This document shows, piece by piece, positions 35,322 to 43,853 of a stretch of DNA of 64,000 bases. The notes under the pieces are model-generated. The model was given only the letters and a program-made list of their open reading frames with translations. It had not been told where the DNA came from and made no database searches. Each line of letters starts with the position of its first letter. Position 1 is the first letter of the stretch. The stretch comes from Acidimicrobiaceae bacterium (GTDB lineage Bacteria > Actinomycetota > Acidimicrobiia > Acidimicrobiales > RAAP-2), in the NCBI GenBank assembly GCA_027342785.1, contig DAHWPS010000115.1, forward strand, positions 7,052-71,051. The letters run 5' to 3'. Both the position numbers and the translations under genes were made by a program.

Positions 35322-36554
35322 TCAGGAGGTACGGGACTGGCCGGGGAGCTTGATGGCCCGATCGGCGATGATGTTCTTCTGTACCTCGGTCGAGCCACCG
35401 CCGATCGTGCTGTAGCGCTGAAAGGCGTACAGGCGCGTCCACTTGCCTCGGTCGACCGAGTCGGGGCCTCCTCGAGCCAGGACCCCGGCTGGCCCGAGCA
35501 GATCGACTGCCAGCTCAGCCAGCTCTTGCGCCAGTGAAGACCACTGGAGCTTGGCGAACTGGACTTCGGGCCACGGGCGTTCTCCCTTGATGATCCGGCT
35601 GAGTGCCCGCAGTGAGAGGAGACGCGCCAACTCGATCTCGGTCCAGGCCCGAGCAAGACGATCGGCGATGACCGGGTCAGCGAGCGCGTCGGGGTTCGTC
35701 GATCGGGCTGCTTCGACCATTGCCCGTAGGTCAGCTCCGAGGATGGAGATCTGACCTGCGATGCCGACGCGCTCGAAACCGAGAGTGCCCATGGCGACCA
35801 TCCAGCCTTCGCCTTCACCACCCAAGCGGCACTCGACCGGTATGCGGGCGTTGGTGAAGTACACCTCGTTGAACATCTCTTCGCCGGCCATGTCCCGGAT
35901 GGGGCGGCATTCGATCCCCGGCGTCTCCATGTCGATGATGAACGCGGTGATCCCTTCGTGCTTTGCGCCGCGCTCGATGGCCGTCGGGTCGGTGCGGAGC
36001 AGGAAAAGCCCCCACTTGGCCAAGTGGGCGGTCGAGATCCAGATCTTCTGACCGTTCACGACGTAGTGGTCGCCGTCTCGGATCGCCATCGTCCGCAGGT
36101 TTGCCAAGTCATTGCCGGCGTCGGGCTCGGAAAATCCCTGGCACCAGTGCTCTCGGGCTTCAAGAATGCTCGGGAGCCACCGGGCTTTCTGCTCGTCGGT
36201 ACCCCAGGTGATGATCATCGGCCCGATCTGCCAGATGCCGTTGGTGTTGAACATCCCCGGAGTGCGGTATTCGGCCATCACCTCCGAGGAGATGATGCGC
36301 TGCATTGCAGTGGCGGCGCGGCCTCCGTGCTCGACCGGCCAGTGGATGGCGGCCCAACGCCCCGAGTGCAGCTCACGCTGCCACGCGGCGCGGCGCCGCT
36401 GTGACGCCTCCCCCGAGAGCTTGCCGCCTTCGTCTCCGGCATCGCCCGAGGCGCCTGCTGTCTCCTTCTCCAAGAATGGGGGCAGGTGCTCGTCCAACCA
36501 GGCGCGCAACTCGTCGCGAAAGGCTTCGTCCTCTGGTGACAGCGCAAAGTCCAC
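35322..36554 (-). CDS. acyl-CoA dehydrogenase (alpha-type)
   Basis: It has WCQGFSEPDAGNDLANLRT...NGQKIWISTAH...GGGSTEVQKNIIA. The start is taken at the GTG of VDFALSPEDE (36554); GTG 36563 is an alternative. Confidence 0.85.
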   Translation of the reverse strand: MDFALSPEDEAFRDELRAWLDEHLPPFLEKETAGASGDAGDEGGKLSGEASQRRRAAWQRELHSGRWAAIHWPVEHGGRAATAMQRIISSEVMAEYRTPGMFNTNGIWQIGPMIITWGTDEQKARWLPSILEAREHWCQGFSEPDAGNDLANLRTMAIRDGDHYVVNGQKIWISTAHLAKWGLFLLRTDPTAIERGAKHEGITAFIIDMETPGIECRPIRDMAGEEMFNEVYFTNARIPVECRLGGEGEGWMVAMGTLGFERVGIAGQISILGADLRAMVEAARSTNPDALADPVIADRLARAWTEIELARLLSLRALSRIIKGERPWPEVQFAKLQWSSLAQELAELAVDLLGPAGVLARGGPDSVDRGKWTRLYAFQRYSTIGGGSTEVQKNIIADRAIKLPGQSRTS

Positions 36555-36582
36555 GGCGGCCACGGTAGCCCAAATGTCGTGT

Positions 36583-36604
36583 ACCCTGACACTGCTGTCA
36601 GGGT
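36583..36604. promoter_or_regulatory. perfect 9-4-9 palindrome ACCCTGACA-CTGC-TGTCAGGGT (core TGACA-N4-TGTCA)
   Basis: Read directly from the sequence. It lies about 30 nt upstream of the minus-strand ACAD start, in the 250-nt divergent ACAD/ACAD intergenic region. Confidence 0.6.
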
Positions 36605-36807
36605 CATCGGACGAGCATGGCCGGGGAGCGCCGCGAGGTGCGTGACCGACGACAGGGCGCAACAGGGTGCAACAGGGTGCTCGCCCAGACGGTGGGGAGA
36701 GCGCTCATTCGGAGTCAGTCGGATTCCGAGCGAACGGCGTGCCGGCGCTGATCGTTGGTCGCCGACCGAGATCGGGCGCGAGACGGGGACAGGAGAGACG
36801 AGAGAAA

Positions 36808-37917
36808 GTGGACTTCACCTACGACGCCGAGCAGCTCGCCCTGCGAGATGTGGCACGCCAGGCCCTCGATCGGGCGGTGGACGCCGACACCCTGGGCGCT
36901 CTCGCCGACGATCCCCAAGGGATCACCGGGGAGCTGTGGCACACGATCGTCGAGCTGGGATGGACCGGCCTGCTGGTGCCTGCCGAGCACGGCGGGGCCG
37001 GTGCCGGCCTTCTCGAGACGGGGATCGTGCTCGAGCAGATGGGCCGGGTACCGCTTCCCGGGCCGTTCTTCTCGTCGGCGGTCTTGGCGACGCTCGCGGC
37101 ACGAGCCCTTGGGGCCGACGAGCTGCTCGGTTCGCTGGCTGCGGGAGTTCAGCGCGGCACCGTGGCGCTCCATGAGCTCGGACATGGTGATCCGCTGGCG
37201 ACGGTCCGGAGCCGGGCCCGTCGCAAGGGTGCCGGCTGGGTGGTGAGCGGTACCAAGCCGCTGGTGCTCGATGGCCACACGGCGGACTGGATGATCGTCG
37301 TGGCCCGGAGCGAGGAGGGCCTGCGTTCGTTCGCGGTGGACCTTCCGGGCGACGTCGACGTCCAGCCGGTACCGACGCTTGACCCGACCCGCAAGGCGGC
37401 GCGAGTGGTGCTCGACGACGTACGCGCCGTGCCTCTCGGGCCACCTGGGCATCAGGGTCCGCTCTGGCGCACCGTCCTCGACGATGCCTCGATCGGGTTG
37501 GCGTCGGAGCTGGTGGGCGTCGCCGATCGGGCTCTCGAAGAGGCGACCGAGTACACGAAGGAACGGGTCGTGTTCGACCGTCCGGTGGCGGCCAACCAGG
37601 TGGTGCGGCACCGCTTGGTGGATATGTTCCACGCGCTGGAGATGGCCCGGGCCGGCGCGCAGTACGCCGCATGGATGGCCGACTCTGGAGCACCGCCCAC
37701 CGATCGGGAGCGCACTGCCGCCATGGCCGCCGGCTATGCAGCCGAGACGGCGGTCAAGCTCACCGGGGACAACATTCAGTTGCACGGAGGCGTGGGCTTC
37801 ACGTGGGCCAACGTTGCCCATTTCCTGTTCAAGCGTGCCAAGCAAAATGACGTACTGATCGGGGGGTCGGGCTCGCAACGGCTCCGTCTGGCGCAGATGA
37901 TCGTGTCTCCGGTCTGA
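36808..37917 (+). CDS. acyl-CoA dehydrogenase family protein (beta-type partner-like)
   Basis: GTG 36808 follows AGGAGAG. It reads VDFTYDAEQLALRDVARQ...LDPTRKAARVVLDDV...VVFDRPVAANQVVRHRLVDM...HGGVGFTWANVAHF. Confidence 0.8.
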   Translation: MDFTYDAEQLALRDVARQALDRAVDADTLGALADDPQGITGELWHTIVELGWTGLLVPAEHGGAGAGLLETGIVLEQMGRVPLPGPFFSSAVLATLAARALGADELLGSLAAGVQRGTVALHELGHGDPLATVRSRARRKGAGWVVSGTKPLVLDGHTADWMIVVARSEEGLRSFAVDLPGDVDVQPVPTLDPTRKAARVVLDDVRAVPLGPPGHQGPLWRTVLDDASIGLASELVGVADRALEEATEYTKERVVFDRPVAANQVVRHRLVDMFHALEMARAGAQYAAWMADSGAPPTDRERTAAMAAGYAAETAVKLTGDNIQLHGGVGFTWANVAHFLFKRAKQNDVLIGGSGSQRLRLAQMIVSPV

Positions 37918-37942
37918 ACGCACTGCGACTTGGATGGAGATT

Positions 37943-37990
37943 GCAGGCGTGATGGCAGGAGTGATCGCAGGCGTGATGGCAGGAGAGAGG
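37943..37990. repeat. 12-nt tandem repeat, 4 copies (GCAGGCGTGATG / GCAGGAGTGATC alternating)
   Basis: Read directly. It lies between the ACAD stop (37917) and the ligase ATG (38005). Confidence 0.85.
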
Positions 37991-38004
37991 GTGGCGACGA
38001 GACG

Positions 38005-39630
38005 ATGAGATCGAGCGATTGGGCGCTGTCCCCGGTGCCGAGCGACCTCGCTCGCCGCTACCGGTCCGAGGGAGCGTGGGACGAGCGGACCCTCGGGCAG
38101 TTCCTGACGGATGCCCTGGAGTCCTCGGCCGGCCGACGGTTCCGCATCTGGTCGGCGGCCAATCCTTACGAGGGAACCGTGGACGACGTGACCCAGATGG
38201 CTCGGCGCCTGGCCGGCGGGCTCCGCCGGCTCGGCATCGGGCCCGGCGACGTGGTGGCGTTCCAGCTCCCGAACTGGGTGGAAGCTGCGGCGACCTTCTA
38301 CGGGTGCGCGATGCTGGGCGTCGTCCTCGTGCCGATCGTCCACTTCTACGGACCGAAGGAAGTGCGGTTCATCTTGCGCCAGTCAAGTGCTCGGGCGCTC
38401 ATCCAAGTCGCACGATTCGGCCAGCGTGACTACCTCGCCGACCTCGCACCGATCCGCCAGGACCTGCCGGGGCTCGAGCACGTGATCGTGGTGGGAGGGG
38501 AGGCGCCGGTCGGCGACCACCGTTTCGCGGATGTTGCCGCTGGGCCTCCCATCGAATCGCCGGAAGCCGGTGACCCTGATGGAGCAGCCCTGGTGGGCTA
38601 CACCTCGGGCACGACTGCCGACCCCAAAGGCGTCATCCACACGCACCGGTCGATCGGCTTCGAGGTGCGCCAGCTCGGTGCTCACCAGGACGAGCGGCAG
38701 CGCGCGACCCTCACCGGCGCGCCTGTCGGCCACGCCATCGGCATGCTGGCCGGGTTGCTGGTACCGCTGGCAGTGGGATGGCCCATCTACCTGATCGACG
38801 GCTGGGATCCCCAGACCGTGCTCGACGCCATGATCGAAGAGGACATCGGGGCCGGCAACGGCTCGACCTACTTCTTCACCAGTCTTCTCGATGCCCCGGG
38901 CTTCGGACCCGAGCACTTGGCTCGCATGCCGATGATCTCGCTTGGAGGCTCCCCGATCCCCGATGCCGTGGCCGAACGCGCCGACCAGTTGGGTATCTCT
39001 CTCACCCGAGCCTACGGGTGCACGGAGCACCCGTCGGTGACCGGGAGCCGCCATGCCGATCCGGTTGCCCAACGGATCCATACCGATGGCCGTCCGCTGG
39101 CCCATGTCGAGGTGCGCACCGTCGACGAAGACGGGCGCGACGTGGCAGTCGGGCAGCCCGGCGAGATCCTCACCCGAGGCCCCGATCGTTTCGCCGGCTA
39201 CACCGATCCGGAGCTGACGGCGGTCGCTGTCGACAAGGACGGATGGTTCCGGACCGGGGACGTCGGGATCATCGACCAAGAGGGATGCCTCACGCTCACC
39301 GACCGGGTGAAGGACATCATCATCCGAGGTGGTGAAAATGTGAGCGCTGCCGAAGTCGAGCAGATCCTAGCCCACATGGACGGCGTGGCCGAGGTGGCAG
39401 TCGTCGCCGCGCCCGACGAGCGGCTCGGCGAGCACGGGTGCGCGTTCTTCCGGATGCAGGCCGATGCCCGCCCCCCGGCGCTCGAAGACATCCGCTCACA
39501 TCTCCAAGAGGCCGGGCTGGCCCGGCAGAAGTGGCCCGAGGAGCTTCGGGTGGTCGACGAGCTGCCCCGGACGCCGTCGGGCAAGGTCCAGAAGTTCGTC
39601 CTGAGGGATCGTCTCCGGGCCGGCGGATGA
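38005..39630 (+). CDS. AMP-binding acyl-CoA synthetase/ligase
   Basis: The AMP-binding motifs are LVGYTSGTTADPKGV, YGCTEH, TGD and GKVQK. ATG 38005 is preferred. The TTG 37930 extension would consist only of the 12-nt repeat. Confidence 0.85.
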   Translation: MRSSDWALSPVPSDLARRYRSEGAWDERTLGQFLTDALESSAGRRFRIWSAANPYEGTVDDVTQMARRLAGGLRRLGIGPGDVVAFQLPNWVEAAATFYGCAMLGVVLVPIVHFYGPKEVRFILRQSSARALIQVARFGQRDYLADLAPIRQDLPGLEHVIVVGGEAPVGDHRFADVAAGPPIESPEAGDPDGAALVGYTSGTTADPKGVIHTHRSIGFEVRQLGAHQDERQRATLTGAPVGHAIGMLAGLLVPLAVGWPIYLIDGWDPQTVLDAMIEEDIGAGNGSTYFFTSLLDAPGFGPEHLARMPMISLGGSPIPDAVAERADQLGISLTRAYGCTEHPSVTGSRHADPVAQRIHTDGRPLAHVEVRTVDEDGRDVAVGQPGEILTRGPDRFAGYTDPELTAVAVDKDGWFRTGDVGIIDQEGCLTLTDRVKDIIIRGGENVSAAEVEQILAHMDGVAEVAVVAAPDERLGEHGCAFFRMQADARPPALEDIRSHLQEAGLARQKWPEELRVVDELPRTPSGKVQKFVLRDRLRAGG

Positions 39631-39664
39631 CCGAGTCGCCCGCTCGGGATCGCGGCCAGGCGGC

Positions 39665-40639
39665 GTGATGGCGCGGCTGGCGACCGAAGAGGAGGTGGCC
39701 GCGTGGCGCCGTGAAGGGTGGGTGCTCCTCGAGGGTCTGGTGGGGACCGACGAGATCGATGCTGCCACCGAAGACCTTTGGGAGATCTTTCCGAGCGCCG
39801 AGGAGTACCACGCGGACCCCGACGGCGTGACCGAACGATGGAAGGGCCGACCGGCGGAGCCCCGAGCCGGGTTCGTCTGGCCCGAGGAGGGTCCGGGTTT
39901 CCGGCCCGAGCAGCAGCGATGGGTGAAGACCTTCCCGTTCCCTGGTGCGGGGAGGCTCAACCGCCTATGCGTCCATGCTTCAGTTGTCGACTTCGCCGAA
40001 CGTGCGCTCGGCACGCCCGACATTCGCCTCTATCAGGCGCAGGCGAGCGCCAAGTACTCCGGGCTCACGAACTACGAGCAGCCGATGCACACCGACCGCA
40101 ATCACTCGTGGCTCCCCGCCGTGTCTCGCGCACCGTGGTGGAACGTCCAGGGTTTCCTGTACCTCTCGGACGTCACCGACGACGACAACCCCACGCGCCT
40201 TGTCCGCCTTTCCGACTCGGCCGGCGCGACCGGCAGCTCGCCGGTGGCGGCCCGTTATGGGGTGCTGCTCCCGGGAATGGAGCCCGATCTCTACCGTCTC
40301 GAGCATCGTGCCCCCGGCGTGCGTGGTTCGTACCTCGCGTACCGCGCCGATGTCTTCCATCGCGGGGCTCCCTTCGAGTCGTCGGGGACGGCCAGGTTCT
40401 TGCTGGCGCTGGCGTTCAAGGGTGCCGACCAGGACTGGATCGGGTACGACACCCAGCAATCGGTCTCCACCTCCGACGAGTGGACCGCGTTTGTCGAGGG
40501 CTCGAGCGTGAGAGACCTGGAGCTTTTCGGCTTCCCGCCCCCCGGCCACCCGATCTGGTCCGAGGAGTTGCTCGACGCGACTGCGGAACGCTATCCGGGT
40601 CTCGACCTCGGCCCCTGGCGGGCTGCCCAAAGGACCTGA
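39665..40639 (+). CDS. phytanoyl-CoA dioxygenase (PhyH) family Fe(II)/2-oxoglutarate oxygenase-like protein
   Basis: It has the N-terminal EEVAAWRREGWVLLEGLV, an H-x-D-type segment PMHTDRN, and a later FHRGAPF. The family call is from memory. Confidence 0.55.
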   Translation: MMARLATEEEVAAWRREGWVLLEGLVGTDEIDAATEDLWEIFPSAEEYHADPDGVTERWKGRPAEPRAGFVWPEEGPGFRPEQQRWVKTFPFPGAGRLNRLCVHASVVDFAERALGTPDIRLYQAQASAKYSGLTNYEQPMHTDRNHSWLPAVSRAPWWNVQGFLYLSDVTDDDNPTRLVRLSDSAGATGSSPVAARYGVLLPGMEPDLYRLEHRAPGVRGSYLAYRADVFHRGAPFESSGTARFLLALAFKGADQDWIGYDTQQSVSTSDEWTAFVEGSSVRDLELFGFPPPGHPIWSEELLDATAERYPGLDLGPWRAAQRT

Positions 40640-40643
40640 GGGG

Positions 40644-40727
40644 CTGGTCCCCCGAGCACCTGGGTTCCCCGAGCACCTGGGTCCCCTGAGCACCTGGGTC
40701 CCCCGAGCACCTGGGTCCCCCGAGCTC
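40644..40727. repeat. 17-18-nt tandem repeat, about 5 copies (CTGGGTCCCCCGAGCAC)
   Basis: Read directly. It fills the convergent gap between the PhyH-like and dedA genes, and the last copy contains the dedA stop codon. Confidence 0.9.
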
Positions 40728-41547
40728 AGTCGGCCGGTTCGGTCTCCGGGCGGACCGGTGGCCGCACCTTCACGTGGCTGTGCTCGTGCGGGCGGAGGGG
40801 CTCTCGGGTCACGTCCGTGAGCGCGTCGGCGGTCGCACTCCCCACAGGCTGGAACCCCGAACCGACATTCCCGTCGGCCCGCTCGCCACCGGCCGCGCCC
40901 GGCGCATGGCGGCCTCGCTGTCCTGACGGGGCACGACCGCTGTTCTCGGCTCGGATGACACTCACCCGGTGGAGGATGACACCGACCACGCCCAAGACGA
41001 CGAGTGCGGCCACCACGTAGCCGGCATCGCTAAAGGCCTTGATCACGTGGTCCCAACCGCTTCCGAGGGCATAGCCGATGCTGCAGATGGCGGCGTCATA
41101 GATCGCGACCCCGAGGAGCGTGAAGGCGAGAAAGGTGCCGAACGCCATCTCCCCGATACCGGCGGCCAAAGAGACGAAGGAGCGCAGGAGCGGGATGAGC
41201 CGGCCGACGAAGACGAATGGATCGCCTCGGCGCTCGAACCACGCCTCGGCCCGGTCCAAGTCGCGGTGGGTGAGCAGGATGAAGCGACCGAGACGGTCGA
41301 TGAGGGGCCGCCCCCCGAACCGGCCGATCGAGTACCCGGCGACCGACCCCGCGGTGTCCCCGGCGATCGCGACGAGTATCACGATCCCGAGCTGGAGATG
41401 GGGGTCGCCGTGGGCGGTCAGCTCCCCACTGGCCAGCGCGCCGGCGTAGCCCATGGCCGGCTCCGAGCCGACCGGGATCCCGAGCGCCGAGGTGAAGTTG
41501 AACGCGAACAGCGCCAGGTAGCCCCAGTGGGAGAGAAAATGTTCCAT
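40726..41547 (-). CDS. DedA/SNARE-associated family membrane protein with extended C-terminus
   Basis: It begins MEHFLSHWGYLALFAFNFTSALGIPVGSEP and has the GR(F/L)IPLLRSF motif, followed by about 70 aa of hydrophilic tail. Confidence 0.8.
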   Translation of the reverse strand: MEHFLSHWGYLALFAFNFTSALGIPVGSEPAMGYAGALASGELTAHGDPHLQLGIVILVAIAGDTAGSVAGYSIGRFGGRPLIDRLGRFILLTHRDLDRAEAWFERRGDPFVFVGRLIPLLRSFVSLAAGIGEMAFGTFLAFTLLGVAIYDAAICSIGYALGSGWDHVIKAFSDAGYVVAALVVLGVVGVILHRVSVIRAENSGRAPSGQRGRHAPGAAGGERADGNVGSGFQPVGSATADALTDVTREPLRPHEHSHVKVRPPVRPETEPAD

Positions 41548-41591
41548 GGAAGCCCCCTTTCTAGCCGCCCCGCCGCTCCATCCTGCGACAA

Positions 41592-41918
41592 TTGGCCACA
41601 GCCTCTCCTCAGGCGGCGACCGGCCCTACACTCCGGGGCGTGCTGCGAGTCCGTACCGAGTCCGGATCGGTCTACGACGTCGACTGCGACGGGAAGCAGA
41701 TCCGGCGCGTCCACGGTCGCCACGGCCCTGCCGACACCCAGCCCCAGGACGGGATCTGGCGCCGGTTCATCGCCATCGACGGCCCCGTGCTCGGCAAGGC
41801 GATGGTCGTCTACTGGGCTACCGAGGTCGCAGGCGCCACCGAGACGAGCCTCGGGTTCCGCACGACGGCGGTGCGCGAGGTCCAAGAGGTTGGCCGCGCC
41901 CGCGACTCGGACCTCTGA
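41592..41918 (+). CDS. hypothetical small protein
   Basis: Third-position GC is strong from about codon 17 on, so GTG 41640 is a possible true start. No recognisable domain. It is divergent from dedA. Confidence 0.45.
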   Translation: MATASPQAATGPTLRGVLRVRTESGSVYDVDCDGKQIRRVHGRHGPADTQPQDGIWRRFIAIDGPVLGKAMVVYWATEVAGATETSLGFRTTAVREVQEVGRARDSDL

Positions 41919-41961
41919 TCGGCGTGCCTCCATCAGCGCGGCTCGGGCCGATGGAGCCCGT

Positions 41962-43323
41962 TCAAGAGTCGACGATCCGGGTCGCTTTGTAGCCGGCCCG
42001 GGGGATGGTGTCGCGATCGAGGAGCTCGGCGTCCACGACCACGCCGAGCGCCGCCTTGACGTCGGCAGCGAGGCGCTCGGCAGCCCGGCGTCGCAGGTCT
42101 GCATCCTCCGATGCCACTTCTACGCGCACTTTGAGCGGGGTGTCGCTGCCGTCGGGCTGGACCACCTGGTACTCGAGTGAAGGGCGGCTCAGCTCTTCGA
42201 TGCCGCGCAGCACCGACTCGAGCTCGTTGAGCTGGAACCGGGTGCCCTGACAGGTGAGCAGATCCTTGAACCTCCCGCCCCACAGGCCGCGGATGGAGGT
42301 CTCCCCGCACGGGCACGGCTCGCGCAGGATGGCACAGGCCTCCTCGAGGTCGTAGCGCAGCAGGCCGTTGTCCCGATCCAGGGTGGTCACGGTGAGGTTG
42401 CCCCACTCGCCGTCGGGGACTTCGCGCCCGGTGGCCGGGTCGACGGCCTGGACCACGGCCCAGTCCTCGTGAATGTGGGCGCCCGGCGACTGCCCGCACG
42501 GGCCGCCGACGTATGCGTAGCACTCGGCTCCCGCCGTCATGAGAGGCATGCCGCCACGACCCATCCCGAAGCCCGGTGGCGCTTTGAGGCCCGTGAGGCC
42601 TGCGTCTTCGAGAGGGATGCCCAACTTGTTGGCGACCTCGAGGAAGCGCCCGGTGGCGAAGCCCATGAAAGGGATGTCCGGGGTCACCCGCGTCCAGAAG
42701 CGGACGGCCTGCTCGGCCAGCTCGTCGGTGTCGGGCGGCGGCACCCACAGGCTCAGCAGCCCGAGGTACTCGTAGGTTCCCTGGAGCATCTGTCCGCCTC
42801 CGTAGAGGTAGGCCGGATGCGCGTGGGTCACGATCATCCCGGGGCGGTAGCCCATCCGCCACCAGTTGCGGGCGCCTGACTCGTACTCGACCCAGAGGTC
42901 CTTGCGGGTCCAGATCGTGATGGTCGGCTGCCCGGTGGTCCCGGTCGACGTCCCGAGACGCACGCCGTCTCGGGGATCGGTGAAGCGGTACGTACCCCAC
43001 GGCGGTGCAGCGGCCTCCGAGTCCCGGAGGTCCTGCTTCACAGTGAGGGGGATCCTCCAGAGATCGTCGACGCCGCTCACGTCCTCGGGACTGTGAACGC
43101 CGGCTGCGGCGAGCTTGTCCTTGAACAGGGGCACCGGCGTCTCGATGACCCGGGTGACGAGATCCCTCACTCGCTGGTCTTGGAGATGGCGCCGCCGTTC
43201 CGGGTCCATCGCCTGCTTGTCGGGGTCCCAGAGCGCCTGGCCCGGATCGCGGGGGATCGGTCCGAGCATGCCGGGGGCGAACGGGGGAGTCGAGACCGAG
43301 TCGGGACCTGACATGGCTGTCAT
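41962..43323 (-). CDS. phenylacetate-CoA ligase (PaaK)-like / F390-synthetase family adenylating enzyme
   Basis: 453 aa with a PaaK-like layout: GTSTGTTGQPT P-loop-like motif and C-terminal ...GYKATRIVD. Two in-frame ATGs (43323 and 43314) sit inside a palindrome. Confidence 0.7.
   Translation of the reverse strand: MTAMSGPDSVSTPPFAPGMLGPIPRDPGQALWDPDKQAMDPERRRHLQDQRVRDLVTRVIETPVPLFKDKLAAAGVHSPEDVSGVDDLWRIPLTVKQDLRDSEAAAPPWGTYRFTDPRDGVRLGTSTGTTGQPTITIWTRKDLWVEYESGARNWWRMGYRPGMIVTHAHPAYLYGGGQMLQGTYEYLGLLSLWVPPPDTDELAEQAVRFWTRVTPDIPFMGFATGRFLEVANKLGIPLEDAGLTGLKAPPGFGMGRGGMPLMTAGAECYAYVGGPCGQSPGAHIHEDWAVVQAVDPATGREVPDGEWGNLTVTTLDRDNGLLRYDLEEACAILREPCPCGETSIRGLWGGRFKDLLTCQGTRFQLNELESVLRGIEELSRPSLEYQVVQPDGSDTPLKVRVEVASEDADLRRRAAERLAADVKAALGVVVDAELLDRDTIPRAGYKATRIVDS
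43309..43322. promoter_or_regulatory. TGACA-TGGC-TGTCA palindrome overlapping a start codon
   Basis: Read directly. It covers codons 1-5 (ATGACAGCCATGTCA) of the PaaK-like ligase gene, 16 nt after the SRPBCC stop. Confidence 0.5.
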
Positions 43324-43339
43324 GTTGGCACAGCCGGGC

Positions 43340-43813
43340 TCATGCCGGCGCAGCCGGAGCCGAAAGCACCTCGTTCATGCGGTCCAGCTCGGCTCGGATC
43401 TGACGCCTCCCACCCTCCACGACGCCCTCGGCCACCTCCGGGGCGATCCCTGCGGGCAGCTCCAGCCAGAGTGCGAGGCTCGCCCGGCACCGTACGGGGC
43501 TGAGAGCCTCCACCTGGAAGGCCTCCCGGGCTCTCAGCGCCCCGTCCATGGTCGCGACCACCTCGCGGTCCTCGACGACCGAGCTGACGGCGAGCTCGAC
43601 GGGGTGAGGCCCGTGGGAGGTCGCCAGGACGAACCGGTAGCACGCCCCAGCACCCAGCTCGCCACCGATCCCCGAGCCAGAACGGATGCGGTTCACCTCG
43701 CTCACGTCGGGGTTGTACTCGGGAAGCCTGGTGAAATCGAGGCGCAACGCCCAGACGTCCGGTGCCGGCGCGGCAATCTCTACGGTCTCCTCGGCGTCGG
43801 GCTTCGTCATCAC
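43340..43813 (-). CDS. SRPBCC (polyketide cyclase/START-like) family protein
   Basis: 157 aa. The segment VEIAAPAPDVWALRLDFTRLPEYNPDV is typical of the SRPBCC/cyclase-dehydrase fold. Confidence 0.7.
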   Translation of the reverse strand: MMTKPDAEETVEIAAPAPDVWALRLDFTRLPEYNPDVSEVNRIRSGSGIGGELGAGACYRFVLATSHGPHPVELAVSSVVEDREVVATMDGALRAREAFQVEALSPVRCRASLALWLELPAGIAPEVAEGVVEGGRRQIRAELDRMNEVLSAPAAPA

Positions 43814-43853
43814 CCTTGCTTACCCTTCCACCCCCGGACCCGGCAACACGTCG

